DNA from: Chrysomallon squamiferum | Lineage: Eukaryota > Animalia > Mollusca | Reading direction: 5' to 3' | Assembly (NCBI GenBank): GCA_012295275.1 | Contig: CM022671.1 | Span: forward strand, 36,804,530 to 36,868,529 | Length of the DNA: 64,000 bases | Shown here: piece after piece, positions 49,401-61,400 of the stretch | How positions within the stretch are numbered: the first letter of the stretch is position 1 | Layout of the letters: the number at the start of each line of letters is the position of its first letter | Position numbers and translations under genes: made by a program | Notes under the pieces: model-generated | Databases searched by the model: none | What the model saw: only the letters and a program-made list of their open reading frames with translations | Told to the model about the DNA's origin: nothing

Positions 49401-52400
49401 GCACCCTTTTTGAAAATGCAATAAAAAAAAAAAAATCGAGCAAATTTTCAAAAACATGTGCGTTTTTTGTGCACGTGTCGGAAACGAGTTGTTCCCCTTG
49501 GGTGGGGCGTGCGGCACTTTTGACCCGTGTCGGGCAACCCTGCCCCACTTTTGGGTATGTGCGCCCGATTTTTCCCACGTGCTCGGAAAAAGTTATTGCA
49601 CTTTGAAAAAGGTACCCCTAGCATTTTCAACGAAACTTGAAAAATTTCGATTTTCAAAAGTTGAAAATCCGTGTGGCACTGTTCCGTTTGGTCGGGAAAA
49701 ATATTTCGACGTGTGCAAAACGTGCGCGCCGTCGGGGCGAGTGTGGCAAAAACGTTTCCAACAAAAACGTTTGCCAACATTTACCAAAGGTGCTGCAAAA
49801 ATTTTGAAAATGCGTTTGAAAAAAAAAAATCGAGCAAATTTTCAAAAACATGTGTTTTTTTTTGTGCACGTGTCGGAAACGAGTTGTTCCCCTTTGGGTG
49901 GGGCGTGCGGCACTTTTTTTGACCCGTGTCGGGCAACCCTTCCCCCACTTTTGGGTATGTGCGCCCGATTTTTCCCACGTGCTCGGAAAAAGTTATTGCA
50001 CTTTGAAAAAGGTACCCCTAGCATTTTCAACGAAACTTGAAAAATTTCGATTTTCAAAAGTTGAAAATCCGTGTGGCACTGTTCCGTTTGGTCGGGAAAA
50101 ATATTTCGACGTGTGCAAAACGTGCGCGCCGTCGGGGCGAGTGTGGCAAAAACGTTTCCAACATTTACCAAAGGTGCTGCACCTTTTGAAAATGCGTTTG
50201 AAAAAAAATCGAGCAAATTTTCAAAAATGTGCGTTGCGTTTTTTTGTGCACGAGTTGTTGTCGGGCGTGCGGCACTTTTGTTGTTCCCCTTGGGTGGGGC
50301 GTGCGGCACTTTTGACCCGTGTCGGGCAACCCTTGCCCCACTTTTGGGTATGTGCGCCCGATTTTTCCCACGTGCTCGGAAAAAGTTATTGCACTTTGAA
50401 AAAGGTACCCCTAGCATTTTCAACGAAACTTGAAAAATTTCGATTTTCAAAAGTTGAAAATCCGTGTGGCACTGTTCCGTTTGGTCGGGAAAAATATTTC
50501 GACGTGTGCAAAACGCGCGCGCGCCGTCGTCAAAAAAGTGTGGCAAAAACGTTTCCAACATTTACCAAAGGTGCTGCACCTTTTGAAAATGCAAAAAAAA
50601 AAAAAATCGAGCAAATTTTCAAAAAAAACATGTGCGTTTTTGTGCACGTGTCGGAAACGAGTTGTTCCCCTTTGGGTGGGGCGTGCGGCACTTTTGACCC
50701 GTGTCGGGCAACCCTTGCCCTTTTTTGGGTATGTGCGATTTTTTTTCCACGTGCTCGGAAAAAGTTATTGCACTTTGAAAAAAAGGTACCCCTAGCATTT
50801 TCAACGAAACTTGAAAAATTTCGATTTTCAAAGTTGAAAATCCGTGTGGCACTGTTCCGTTTGGTCGGGAAAAATATTTCGACGTGCAAAAAAAAAACGC
50901 GCCGTCGGGGGGGGTGGCAAAAACGTTTCCAACATTTACCAAAAACGTTTCCAACATTTACCAAAGGTGCTGCACCTTTTGAAAATGCGTTTGAAAAAAA
51001 AATCGAGCAAATTTTCAAAAACATGTGCGTTTTTTGTGCACGTGTCGGAAACGAGTTGTTCCCCTTGGGTGGGGCGTGCGGCTTTTTGACCCGTGTCGGG
51101 GCCCTTGCCCCACTTTTTTTGGGTATGTGCGCCCGATTTTTTCCACGTGCTCGGAAAAAGTTATTGCACTTTGAAAAAGGTACCCCTAGCATTTTCAACG
51201 AAACTTGAAAAATTTCGATTTTCAAAAGTTGAAAATCCGTGTGGCACTGTTCCGTTTGGTCGGGAAAAATATTTCGACGTGTGCAAAAACGTGCGCGCCG
51301 TCGGGGCGAGTGTGGCAAAAACGTTTCCAACATTTACCAAAGGTGCTGCACCTTTTGAAAATGCGTTTGAAAAAAAATCGAGCGATCGGAAAAAACATGT
51401 GCGTTTTTTTGTGCACGTGTCGGAAACGAGTTGTTCCCCTTGGGTGGGGCGTGCGGCACTTTTTTGACCCGTGTCGGGCAACCCTTGCCCCTCTTTTGGG
51501 TATGTGCGCCCGATTTTTCCCACGTGCTCGGAAAAAGTTATTGCACTTTGAAAAAGGTACCCCTAGCATTTTCAACGAAACTTGAAAAATTTCGATTTTC
51601 AAAAGTTGAAAATCCGTGTGGCACTGTTCCGTTTGGTCGGGAAAAATATTTCGACGTGTGCAAAACGTGCGCGCCGTCGGGGGGGCGAAGTGTGGCAAAA
51701 ACGTTTCCAACATTTACCAGGTGGTGCTGAAACCGTTTTGAAAATGCGTTTGAAAAAAAATCGAGCAAATTTTCAAAAACATGTGCGTTTTTGTGCACGT
51801 GTCGGAAACGGGGCGTTGTTCCTTTTTGGGTGGGGCGTGCGGCTTTTTTGACCCGTGTCGGGCAACCCCCCACTTTTGGGTATGTGCGCCCGATTTTTTC
51901 CCACGTGCTCGGAAAAAGTTATTGCACTTTGAAAAAGGTACCCCTAGCATTTTCAACGAAACTTGAAAAATTTCGATTTTCAAAAGTTGAAAATCCGTGT
52001 GGCACTGTTCCGTTTGGTCGGGAAAAATATTTCGACGTGTGCAAAACGTGCGCGCCGTCGGGGCGAGTGTGGCAAAAACGTTTCCAACATTTACCAAAGG
52101 TGCTGCACCTTTTGAAAATGCGTTTGAAAAAAAATCGAGCAAATTTTCAAAAACATGTGCGTTTTTTGTGCACGTGTCGGAAACGAGTTGTTCCCCTTGG
52201 GTGGGGCGTGCGGCACTTTTGACCCGTGTGTCGGGCAACCCTTGCCCTTACTTTTGGGTATGTGCGCCCGATTTTTCCCCACGTGCTCGGAAAAAGTTAT
52301 TACTTTGGTACCCTAGCATTTTCAACGAAAAAAATTTCGATTTTCCCCTTGCATTTTCGTTTGGTCTTGAAAAATTTCGATTTTCAAAAGTTGAAAATCC

Positions 52401-55400
52401 GTGTGGCACTGTTCCGTTTGGTCGGGAAAAATATTTCGACGTGTGCAAAACGTGCGCGCCGTCGGGGCAAAAATTTGTGGCAAAAACGTTTCCAACATTT
52501 ACCAAAGGTGCTGCACCTTTTGAAAATGCGTTTGAAAAAAAAAAATCGAGCAATTTTCAAAAAAACATGTGCGTTTTTGTGCACGTGTCGGAAACGAGTT
52601 GTTCCCCCCCTTTTGGGGCGTGGGGCGTGCGGCACTTTTGACCCGTGTCGGGCAACCCTTGCCCCACTTTTGGGTATGTGCGCCCGATTTTTCCCACGTG
52701 CTCGGAAAAAGTTATTGCACTTTGAAAAAGGTACCCCTAGCATTTTCAACGAAACTTGAAAAAATTCGATTTTCAAAAGTTGAAAATCCGTGTGGCACTG
52801 TTCCGTTTGGTCGGGAAAAATATTTCGACGTGTGCAAAACGTGCGCGCCGTCGGGGCGAGTGTGGCAAAAACGTTTCCAACATTTACCAAAGGTGCTGCA
52901 CCTTTTGAAAATGCGTTGAAAAAAAAAAAATCGAGCAAATTTTCAAAAACATGTGCGTTTTTTTGTGCACGTGTCGGAAACGAGTTGTTCCCCTTAGGTG
53001 GGTGGGTGGGGCGTGCGGCACTTTTGACCCGTGTCGGGCAACCCTTGCCCCATTTTTGGGTATGTGCGCCCGATTTTTCCCACGTGCTCGGAAAAAGTTA
53101 TTGCACTTTGAAAAAGGTACCCCTAGCATTTTCAACGAAACTTGAAAAATTTCGATTTTCAAAAGTTGAAAATCCGTGTGGCACTGTTCCGTTTGGTCGG
53201 GAAAAATATTTCGAGCGACGTGTGCAAAACGTGCGCGCCGTCGGGGCGAGTGTGGCAAAAACGTTTCCAACATTTACCAAAGGTGCTGCACCTTTTGAAA
53301 ATGCGTTTTGAAAATGCGTTTTTGCAAAAAAAAAAATCGAGCAAATTTTTCAAAAACATGTGCGTTTTTGTGCACGTGTCGGAAACGAGTTGTTCCCCTT
53401 GGGTGGGGCGTGCGGCACTTTTGACCCGTGTCGGGCAACCCTTGCCCCACTTTTGGGTATGTGCGCCCGATTTTTCCCACGTGCTCGGAAAAAGTTATTG
53501 CACTTTGAAAAAGGTACCCCTAGCATTTTCAACGAAACTTGAAAAATTTCGATTTTCAAAAGTTGAAAATCCGTGTGGCACTGTTCCGTTTGGTCGGGAA
53601 AAATATTTCGACGTGTGCAAAACGTGCGCGCCGTCGGGGCGAGTGTGGCAAAAACGTTTCCAACATTTACCAAAGGTGCTGCACCTTTTGAAAATGCGTT
53701 TGAAAAAAAATCGAGCAAATTTTCAAAAAAAACATGTGCGTTTTTGTGCACGTGTCGGAAACGAGTTGTTCCCCTTGGGTGGGGCGTGCGGCACTTTTTT
53801 TGACCCGTGTCGGGCAACCCTTGCCCCACTTTTGGGTATGTGCGCCCGATTTTTCCCACGTGCTCGGAAAAAGTTATTGCACTTTGAAAAAGGTACCCCT
53901 AGCATTTTCAACGAAACTTGAAAAATTTCGATTTTCAAAAGTTGAAAATCCGTTTGGTCGGGAAAAATATTTCGACTGTTCCGTTTGGTCGGGAAAAATA
54001 TTTCGACGTGTGCAAAACGTGCGCGCCGTCGGGGCGAGTGTGGCAAAAACGTTTCCAACATTTACCAAAGGTGCTTGAAAAAAATGCGAGCAAAAAAAAA
54101 AATCGAGCAAATTTTCAAAAAAACATGTGCGTTTTTGTGCACGTGTCGGAAACGAGTTGTTCCCCTTGGGTGGGGCGTGCGGCACTTTTGACCCGTGTCG
54201 GGCAACCCCCTTACTTTTGGGTATGTGCGCCCGATTTTTCCCACGTGCTCGGAAAAAGTTATTTTGAAAAAAAAGGTACCCCTAGCATTTTCAACGAAAT
54301 TGAAAAAAAATTTCGATTTTCAAAGTTGAAAATCCGTGTGGCACTGTTCCGTTTGGTCGGGAAAAATATTTTCGACGTGTGCAAAACGTGCGCGCCGTCG
54401 GGGCGAAGTGTGGCAAAAACGTTTCCAACATTTACCAAAGGTGCTGCACCTTTTGAAAATGCGTTGAAAAAAAATCGAGCAAATTTTCAAAAACATGTGC
54501 GTTTTTTGTGCACGTGTCGGAAACGAGTTGTTCCCCTTGGGTGGGGCGTGCGGCACTTTTGACCCGTGTCGGGCAACCCTTGCCTCACTTTTGGGTATGT
54601 GCGCCCGATTTTTCCCACGTGCTCGGAAAAAGTTATTGCACTTTGAAAAAGGTACCCCTAGCATTTTCAACGAAACTTGAAAAATTTCGATTTTCAAAAG
54701 TTGAAAATCCGTGTGGCACTGTTCCGTTTGGTCGGGAAAAATATTTCGACGTGTGCAAAACGTGCGCGCCGTCGGGGCGAGTGTGGCAAAAACGTTTCCA
54801 ACATTTACCAAAGGTGCTGCACCTTTTGAAAATGCGTTGAAAAAAAATCGAGCAAATTTTCAAAAACATGTGCGTTTTTTTGTGCACGTGTCGGAAACGA
54901 GTTGTTCCCCTTGGGTGGGGCGTGCGGCACTTTTTTGACCCGTGTCGGGCAACCCTTTTACTTTTGGGTATGTGCGCCCGATTTTTCCCACGTGCTCGGA
55001 AAAAGTTATTGCACTTTGAAAAAGGTACCCCTAGCATTTTCAACGAAACTTGAAAAATTTCGATTTTCAAAAGTTGAAAATCCGTGTGGCACTGTTCCGT
55101 TTGGTCGGGAAAAATATTTCGACGTGTGCAAAACGTGCGCGCCGTCGGGGCGAGTGTGGCAAAAACGTTTCCAACATTTACCAAAGGTGCTGCACCTTTT
55201 GAAAATGCGTTTGAAAAAAATCGAGCAAATTTCAAAAACATGTGTTTTTTTGTGCACGTGTCGGAAACGAGTTGTTCCCCTTGGGTGGGGCGTGCGTGCG
55301 GCACTTTTGACCCGTGTCGGGCAACCCCCCCCACTTTTGGGTATGTGCGCCCGATTTTTCCCACGTGCTCGGAAAAAGTTATTGCACTTTGAAAAAGGTA

Positions 55401-58400
55401 CCCCTAGCATTTTCAACGAAACTTGAAAAATTTCGATTTTCAAAAGTTGAAAATCCGTGTGGCACTGTTCCGTTTGGTCGGGAAAAATATTTCGACGTGT
55501 GCAAAACGTGCGCGCCGTCGGGGCGAGTGTGGCAAAAACGTTTCCAACATTTACCAAAGGTGCTGCACCTTTTGAAAATGCGTTTGAAAAAAATCGAGCA
55601 AATTTTCAAAAACATGTGCGTTTTTTGTGCACGTGTCGGAAACGAGTTGTTCCCCTTGGGTGGGGCGTGCGGCACTTTTGACCCGTGTCGGGCAACCCTT
55701 GCCCCACTTTTGGGTATGTGCGCCCGATTTTTCCCACGTGCTCGGAAAAAGTTATTGCACTTTGAAAAAGGTACCCCTAGCATTTTCAACGAAACTTGAA
55801 AAAATTCGATTTTCAAAAGTTGAAAATCCGTGTGGCACTGTTCCGTTTGGTCGGGAAAAATATTTCGACGTGTGCAAAACGTGCGCGCCGTCGGGGGGCG
55901 AGTGTGGCAAAAACGTTTCCAACATTTACCAAAGGTGCTGCACCTTTTGAAAAAAAAAAAAAAAAAATCGAGCAAATTTTCAAAAACATGTTTTTTTTTG
56001 TGCACGTGTCGGAAACGAGTTGTTCCCCTTGGGTGGGGCGTGCGGCACTTTTGACCCGTGTCGGGCAACCCCTTGCCACTTTTGGGTATGTGCGCCCGAT
56101 TTTTCCCACGTGCTCGGAAAAAGTTATTGCACTTTGAAAAAGGTACCCCTAGCATTTTCAACGAAACTTGAAAAAATTCGATTTTCAAAAGTTGAAAATC
56201 CGTGTGGCACTGTTCCGTTTGGTCGGGAAAAATATTTCGACGTGTGCAAAACGTGCGCGCCGTCGGGGCGAGTGTGGCAAAAACGTTTCCAACATTTACC
56301 AAAGGTGCTGCACCTTTTGAAAAAAAAAAAAAAAAAATCGAGCAAATTTTCAAAAACATGTGCGTTTTTTTGTGCACGTGTCGGAAACGAGTTGTTCCCC
56401 TTGGGTGGGGCGTGCGGCACTTTTGACCCGTGTCGGGCAACCCAACTGCCCTTACTTTTGGGTATGTGCGCCCGATTTTTTCCACGTGCTCGGAAAAAGT
56501 TATTGCACTTTGAAAAAAAGGTACCCCTAGCATTTTCAACGAAACTTGAAAAATGTCGATTTTCAAAAGTTGAAAATCCGTGTGGCACTGTTCCGTTTGG
56601 TCGGGAAAAATATTTCGACGTGTGCAAAACGTGCGCGCCGTCGGGGCGAGTGTGGCAAAAACGTTTCCAACATTTACCAAAGGTGCTGCACCTTTTGAAA
56701 ATGCGTTTGAAAAAAAATCGAGCAAATTTTCAAAACATGTGCGTTTTTTTTGTGCACGTGTCGGAAACGAGTTGTTCCCCTTGGGTGGGGCGTGCGGCAC
56801 TTTTGACCCGTGTCGGGCAACCCTTGCCCCCTTTTGGGTATGTGCGCCCGATTTTTTCCACGTGCTCGGAAAAAGTTATTGCACTTTGAAAAAGGTACCC
56901 CTAGCATTTTCAACGAAACTTGAAAAAATTCGATTTTCAAAAGTTGAAAATCCGTGTGGCACTGTTCCGTTTGGTCGGGAAAAATATTTCGACGTGTGCA
57001 AAACGTGCGCGCCGTCGGGGCGAGTGTGGCAAAAACGTTTCCAACATTTACCAAAGGTGCTGCACCTTTTGAAAATGCGTTTGAAAAAAAATCGAGCAAA
57101 TTTTCAAAAACATGTGCGTTTTTTGTGCACGTGTCGGAAACGAGTTGTTCCCCTTGGGTGGGGCGTGCGGCACTTTTGACCCGTGTCGGGCAACCCTTGC
57201 CCCACTTTTGGGTATGTGCGCCCGATTTTTTTCCACGTGCTCGGAAAAAGTTATTGCACTTTGAAAAAGGTACCCCTAGCATTTTCAACGAAACTTGAAA
57301 AAATTCGATTTTCAAAAGTTGAAAATCCGTGTGGCACTGTTCCGTTTGGTCGGGAAAAATATTTCGACGTGTGCAAAACGTGCGCGCCGTCGGGGCGAGT
57401 GTGGCAAAAACGTTTCCAACATTTACCAAAGGTGCTGCACCTTTTGAAAATGCGTTGAAAAAAAAATCGAGCAAATTTTCAAAAACATGTGCGTTTTTTG
57501 TGCACGTGTCGGAAACGAGTTGTTCCCCTTGGGTGGGGCGTGCGGCACTTTTTTGACCCGTGTCGGGCAACCCCCCTTACTTTTGGTGCGGCCCGATTTT
57601 TCCCACGTGCTCGGAAAAAGTTATTGCACTTTGAAAAAGGTACCCCTAGCATTTTCAACGAAACTTGAAAAATTTCGATTTTCAAAAGTTGAAAATCCGC
57701 CCGATTTTTCCCGTTTGGTCGGGAAAAAAAAGTTATTGCACTTTGAAAAACGTTTCCAACATTTTACCAAAGGTGCTGCCCTTTTGAAAAGCGTTTTTCA
57801 ACGAGCAAAACTCAAAAAAAAATTCAGATTTTCAAAAGTTGAAAAGTTGTTCCGTGGGGCGTGCGGCACTTTTGACCCGTTTGGTCGGGAAAAATATTTC
57901 GACGATTTTTGTGCTCGGAAAAAGTTATTGCACGCGTACCCCGCATTTTCAACGAAACAAAAAAATTTCGATTTTCAAAAGTTGAAAATCCGTTTCCGTT
58001 TGGTCAAAAATTTCGACGATTTGCAAAGGTGCGCGCCGTCCGATTCAAAAACGTTTCCAACATTTACCAAAGGTGCTGCACCTTTTGAAAATGCGTTTGA
58101 AAAAAAACGAGCAAATTTTCAAAAACATGTGCGTTTTTTGTGCACGTGTCGGAAACGAGTTGTTCCCCTTGGGTGGGGCGTGCGGCACTTTTGACCCGTG
58201 TCGGGCAACCCTGCCCCACTTTTGGGTATGTGCGCCCGATTTTTCCCACGTGCTCGGAAAAAGTTATTGCACTTTGATAAAAAAGGTACCCCTAGCATTT
58301 TCAACGAAACTTGAAAAAATTCGATTTTCAAAAGTTGAAAATCCGTGTGGCACTTTTCCGTTTGGTCGGGAAAAATATTTCGACGTGTCCAAAAGGTGCG

Positions 58401-61400
58401 CGCCGTCGGGGCGAGTGTGGCAAAAACGTTTCCAACATTTACCAAAGGTGCTGCACCTTTTGAAAATGCGTTTGAAAAAAACGAGCAAATTTTCAAAAAC
58501 ATGTGCGTTTTTTGTGCACGTGTCGGAAACGAGTTGTTCCCCTTGGGTGGGGCGTGCGGCACTTTTGACCCGTGTGGGGCAACCCTTGCCCCACTTTTGG
58601 GTATGTGCGCCCGATTTTTCCCACGTGCTCGGAAAAAGTTATTGCACTTTGAAAAAGGTACCCCTAGCATTTTCAACGAAACTTGAAAAAATTCGATTTT
58701 CAAAAGTTGAAAATCCGTGTGGCACTTTTCCGTTTGGTCGGGAAAAATATTTCGACGTGTGCAAAAGGTGCGCGCCGTCGGGGCGAGTGTGGCAAAAACG
58801 TTTCCAACATTTACCAAAGGTGCTGCACCTTTTGAAAATGCGTTGAAAAAAAAAACGAGCAAATTTTCAAAAACATGTGCGTTTTTTGTGCACGTGTCGG
58901 AAACGAGTTGTTCCCCTTGGGTGGGGCGTGCGGCACTTTTGACCCGTGTGGGGCAACCCTTGCCCCACTTTTGGGTATGTGCGCCCGATTTTTCCCACGT
59001 GCTCGGAAAAAGTTATTGCACTTTGAAAAAGGTACCCCTAGCATTTTCAACGAAACTTGAAAAAATTCGATTTTTCAAAAGTTGAAAATCCGTGTGGCAC
59101 TTTTCCGTTTGGTCGGGAAAAATATTTCGACGTGTGCAAAACGTGCGCGCCGTCGGGGCGAGTTCCGAGCAAAAACGTTTCCAACATTTACCAAAGGTGC
59201 TGCACCTTTTGAAAATGCGTTTGAAAAAAAAACGAGCAAATTTTCAAAAACATGTGCGTTTTTTGTGCACGTGTCGGAAACGAGTTGTTCCCCTTGGGTG
59301 GGGCGTGCGGCACTTTTGACCCGTGTGGGGCAACCCTTGCCCCACTTTTGGGTATGTGCGCCCGATTTTTCCCACGTGCTCGGAAAAAGTTATTGCACTT
59401 TGAAAAAGGTACCCCTAGCATTTTCAACGAAACTTGAAAAAATTCGATTTTCAAAAGTTGAAAATCCGTGTGGCACTTTCCGTTTGGTCGGGAAAAATAT
59501 TTCGACGTGTGCAAAAGGTGCGCGCCGTCGGGGCGAGTGTGGCAAAAACGTTTCCAACATTTACCAAAGGTGCTGCACCTTTTGAAAATGCGTTTAAAAA
59601 AAAAACGAGCAAATTTTCAAAAACATGTGCGTTTTTTGTGCACGTGTCGGAAACGAGTTGTTCCCCTTGGGTGGGGCGTGCGGCACTTTTGACCCGTGTG
59701 GGGCAACCCTTGCCCCACTTTTGGGTATGTGCGCCGATTTTTCCCGTGCTCGGAAAAAGTTATTGCACTTTGAAAAAGGTACCCCTAGCATTTTCAACGA
59801 AACTTGAAAAAATTCGATTTTCAAAAGTTGAAAATCCGTGTGGCACTTTCCGTTTGGTCGGGAAAAATATTTCGACGTGTGCAAAAGGTGCGCGCCGCCG
59901 TCGGGGCGCGAGTGTGAGGCAAAAACGTTTCCAACATTTACCAAAGGTGCTGCACCTTTTGAAAATGCGTTTGAAAAAAAAAAAAAAAAACGAGCAAATT
60001 TTCAAAAACATGTGCGTTTTTTGTGCACGTGTCGGAAACGAGTTGTTCCCCTTGGGTGGGGCGTGCGGCACTTTTGACCCGTGTGGGGCAACCCTTGCCC
60101 CACTTTTGGGTATGTGCGCCCGATTTTTCCCACGTGCTCGGAAAAAGTTATTGCACTTTGAAAAAGGTACCCCTAGCATTTTCAACGAAACTTGAAAAAA
60201 TTCGATTTTCAAAAGTTGAAAATCCGTGTGGCACTTTTCCGTTTGGTCGGGAAAAATATTTCGACGTGTGCAAAAGGTGCGCGCCGTCGGGGCGAGTGTG
60301 GCAAAAACGTTTCCAACATTTACCAAAGGTGCTGCACCTTTTGAAAATGCGTTTGAAAAAAAAAAAAAACGAGCAAATTTTCAAAAACATGTGTTTTTTT
60401 GTGCACGTGTCGAACGAGTTGTTCCCCTTGGGTGGGGCGTGCGGCACTTTTGACCCGTGTGGGGCAACCCTTGCCCCACTTTTGGGTATGTGCGCCCGAT
60501 TTTTCCCACGTGCTCGGAAAAAGTTATTGCACTTTGAAAAAGGTACCCCTAGCATTTTCAACGAAACTTGAAAAAATTCGATTTTCAAAAGTTGAAAATC
60601 CGTGTGGCACTTTTCCGTTTGGTCGGGAAAAATATTTCGACGTGTGCAAAAGGTGCGCGCCGTCGGGGCGAGTGTGGCAAAAACGTTTCCAACATTTACC
60701 AAAGGTGCTGCACCTTTTGAAAATGCGTTTGAAAAAAAACGAGCAAATTTTCAAAAACATGTGCGTTTTTTGTGCACGTGTCGGAAACGAGTTGTTCCCC
60801 TTGGGTGGGGCGTGCGGCACTTTTGACCCGTGTGGGGCAACCCTTGCCTTACTTTTGGGTATGTGCGCCCGATTTTTCCCGTGCTCGGAAAAAGTTATTG
60901 CACTTTGAAAAAGGTACCCCTAGCATTTTCAACGAAACTTGAAAAAATTCGATTTTCAAAAGTTGAAAATCCGTGTGGCACTTTTCCGTTTGGTCGGGAA
61001 AAATATTTCGACGTGTGCAAAAGGTGCGCGCCGTCGGGGCGAGTGTGGCAAAAACGTTTCCAACATTTACCAAAGGTGCTGCACCTTTTGAAAATGCGTT
61101 TGAAAAAAACGAGCAAATTTTCAAAAACATGTGCGTTTTTTGTGCACGTGTCGGAAACGAGTTGTTCCCCTTGGGTGGGGCGTGCGGCACTTTTGACCCG
61201 TGTGGGGCAACCCCCCCTTACTTTTTGGGTATGTGCGCCCGATTTTTCCACGTGCTCGGAAAAAGTTATTGCACTTTGAAAAAGGTACCCCTAGCATTTT
61301 CAACGAAACTTGAAAAAATTCGATTTTCAAAAGTTGAAAATCCGTGTGGCACTTTCCGTTTGGTCGGGAAAAATATTTCGACGTGTGTGCAAAAGGTGCG

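Noticed and set aside
44450-57700. Apparent monomer divergence through A/T/G-run length changes and short local duplications
   Set aside because: The pattern is typical of long-read consensus error in collapsed repeats and is not treated as biological variation.
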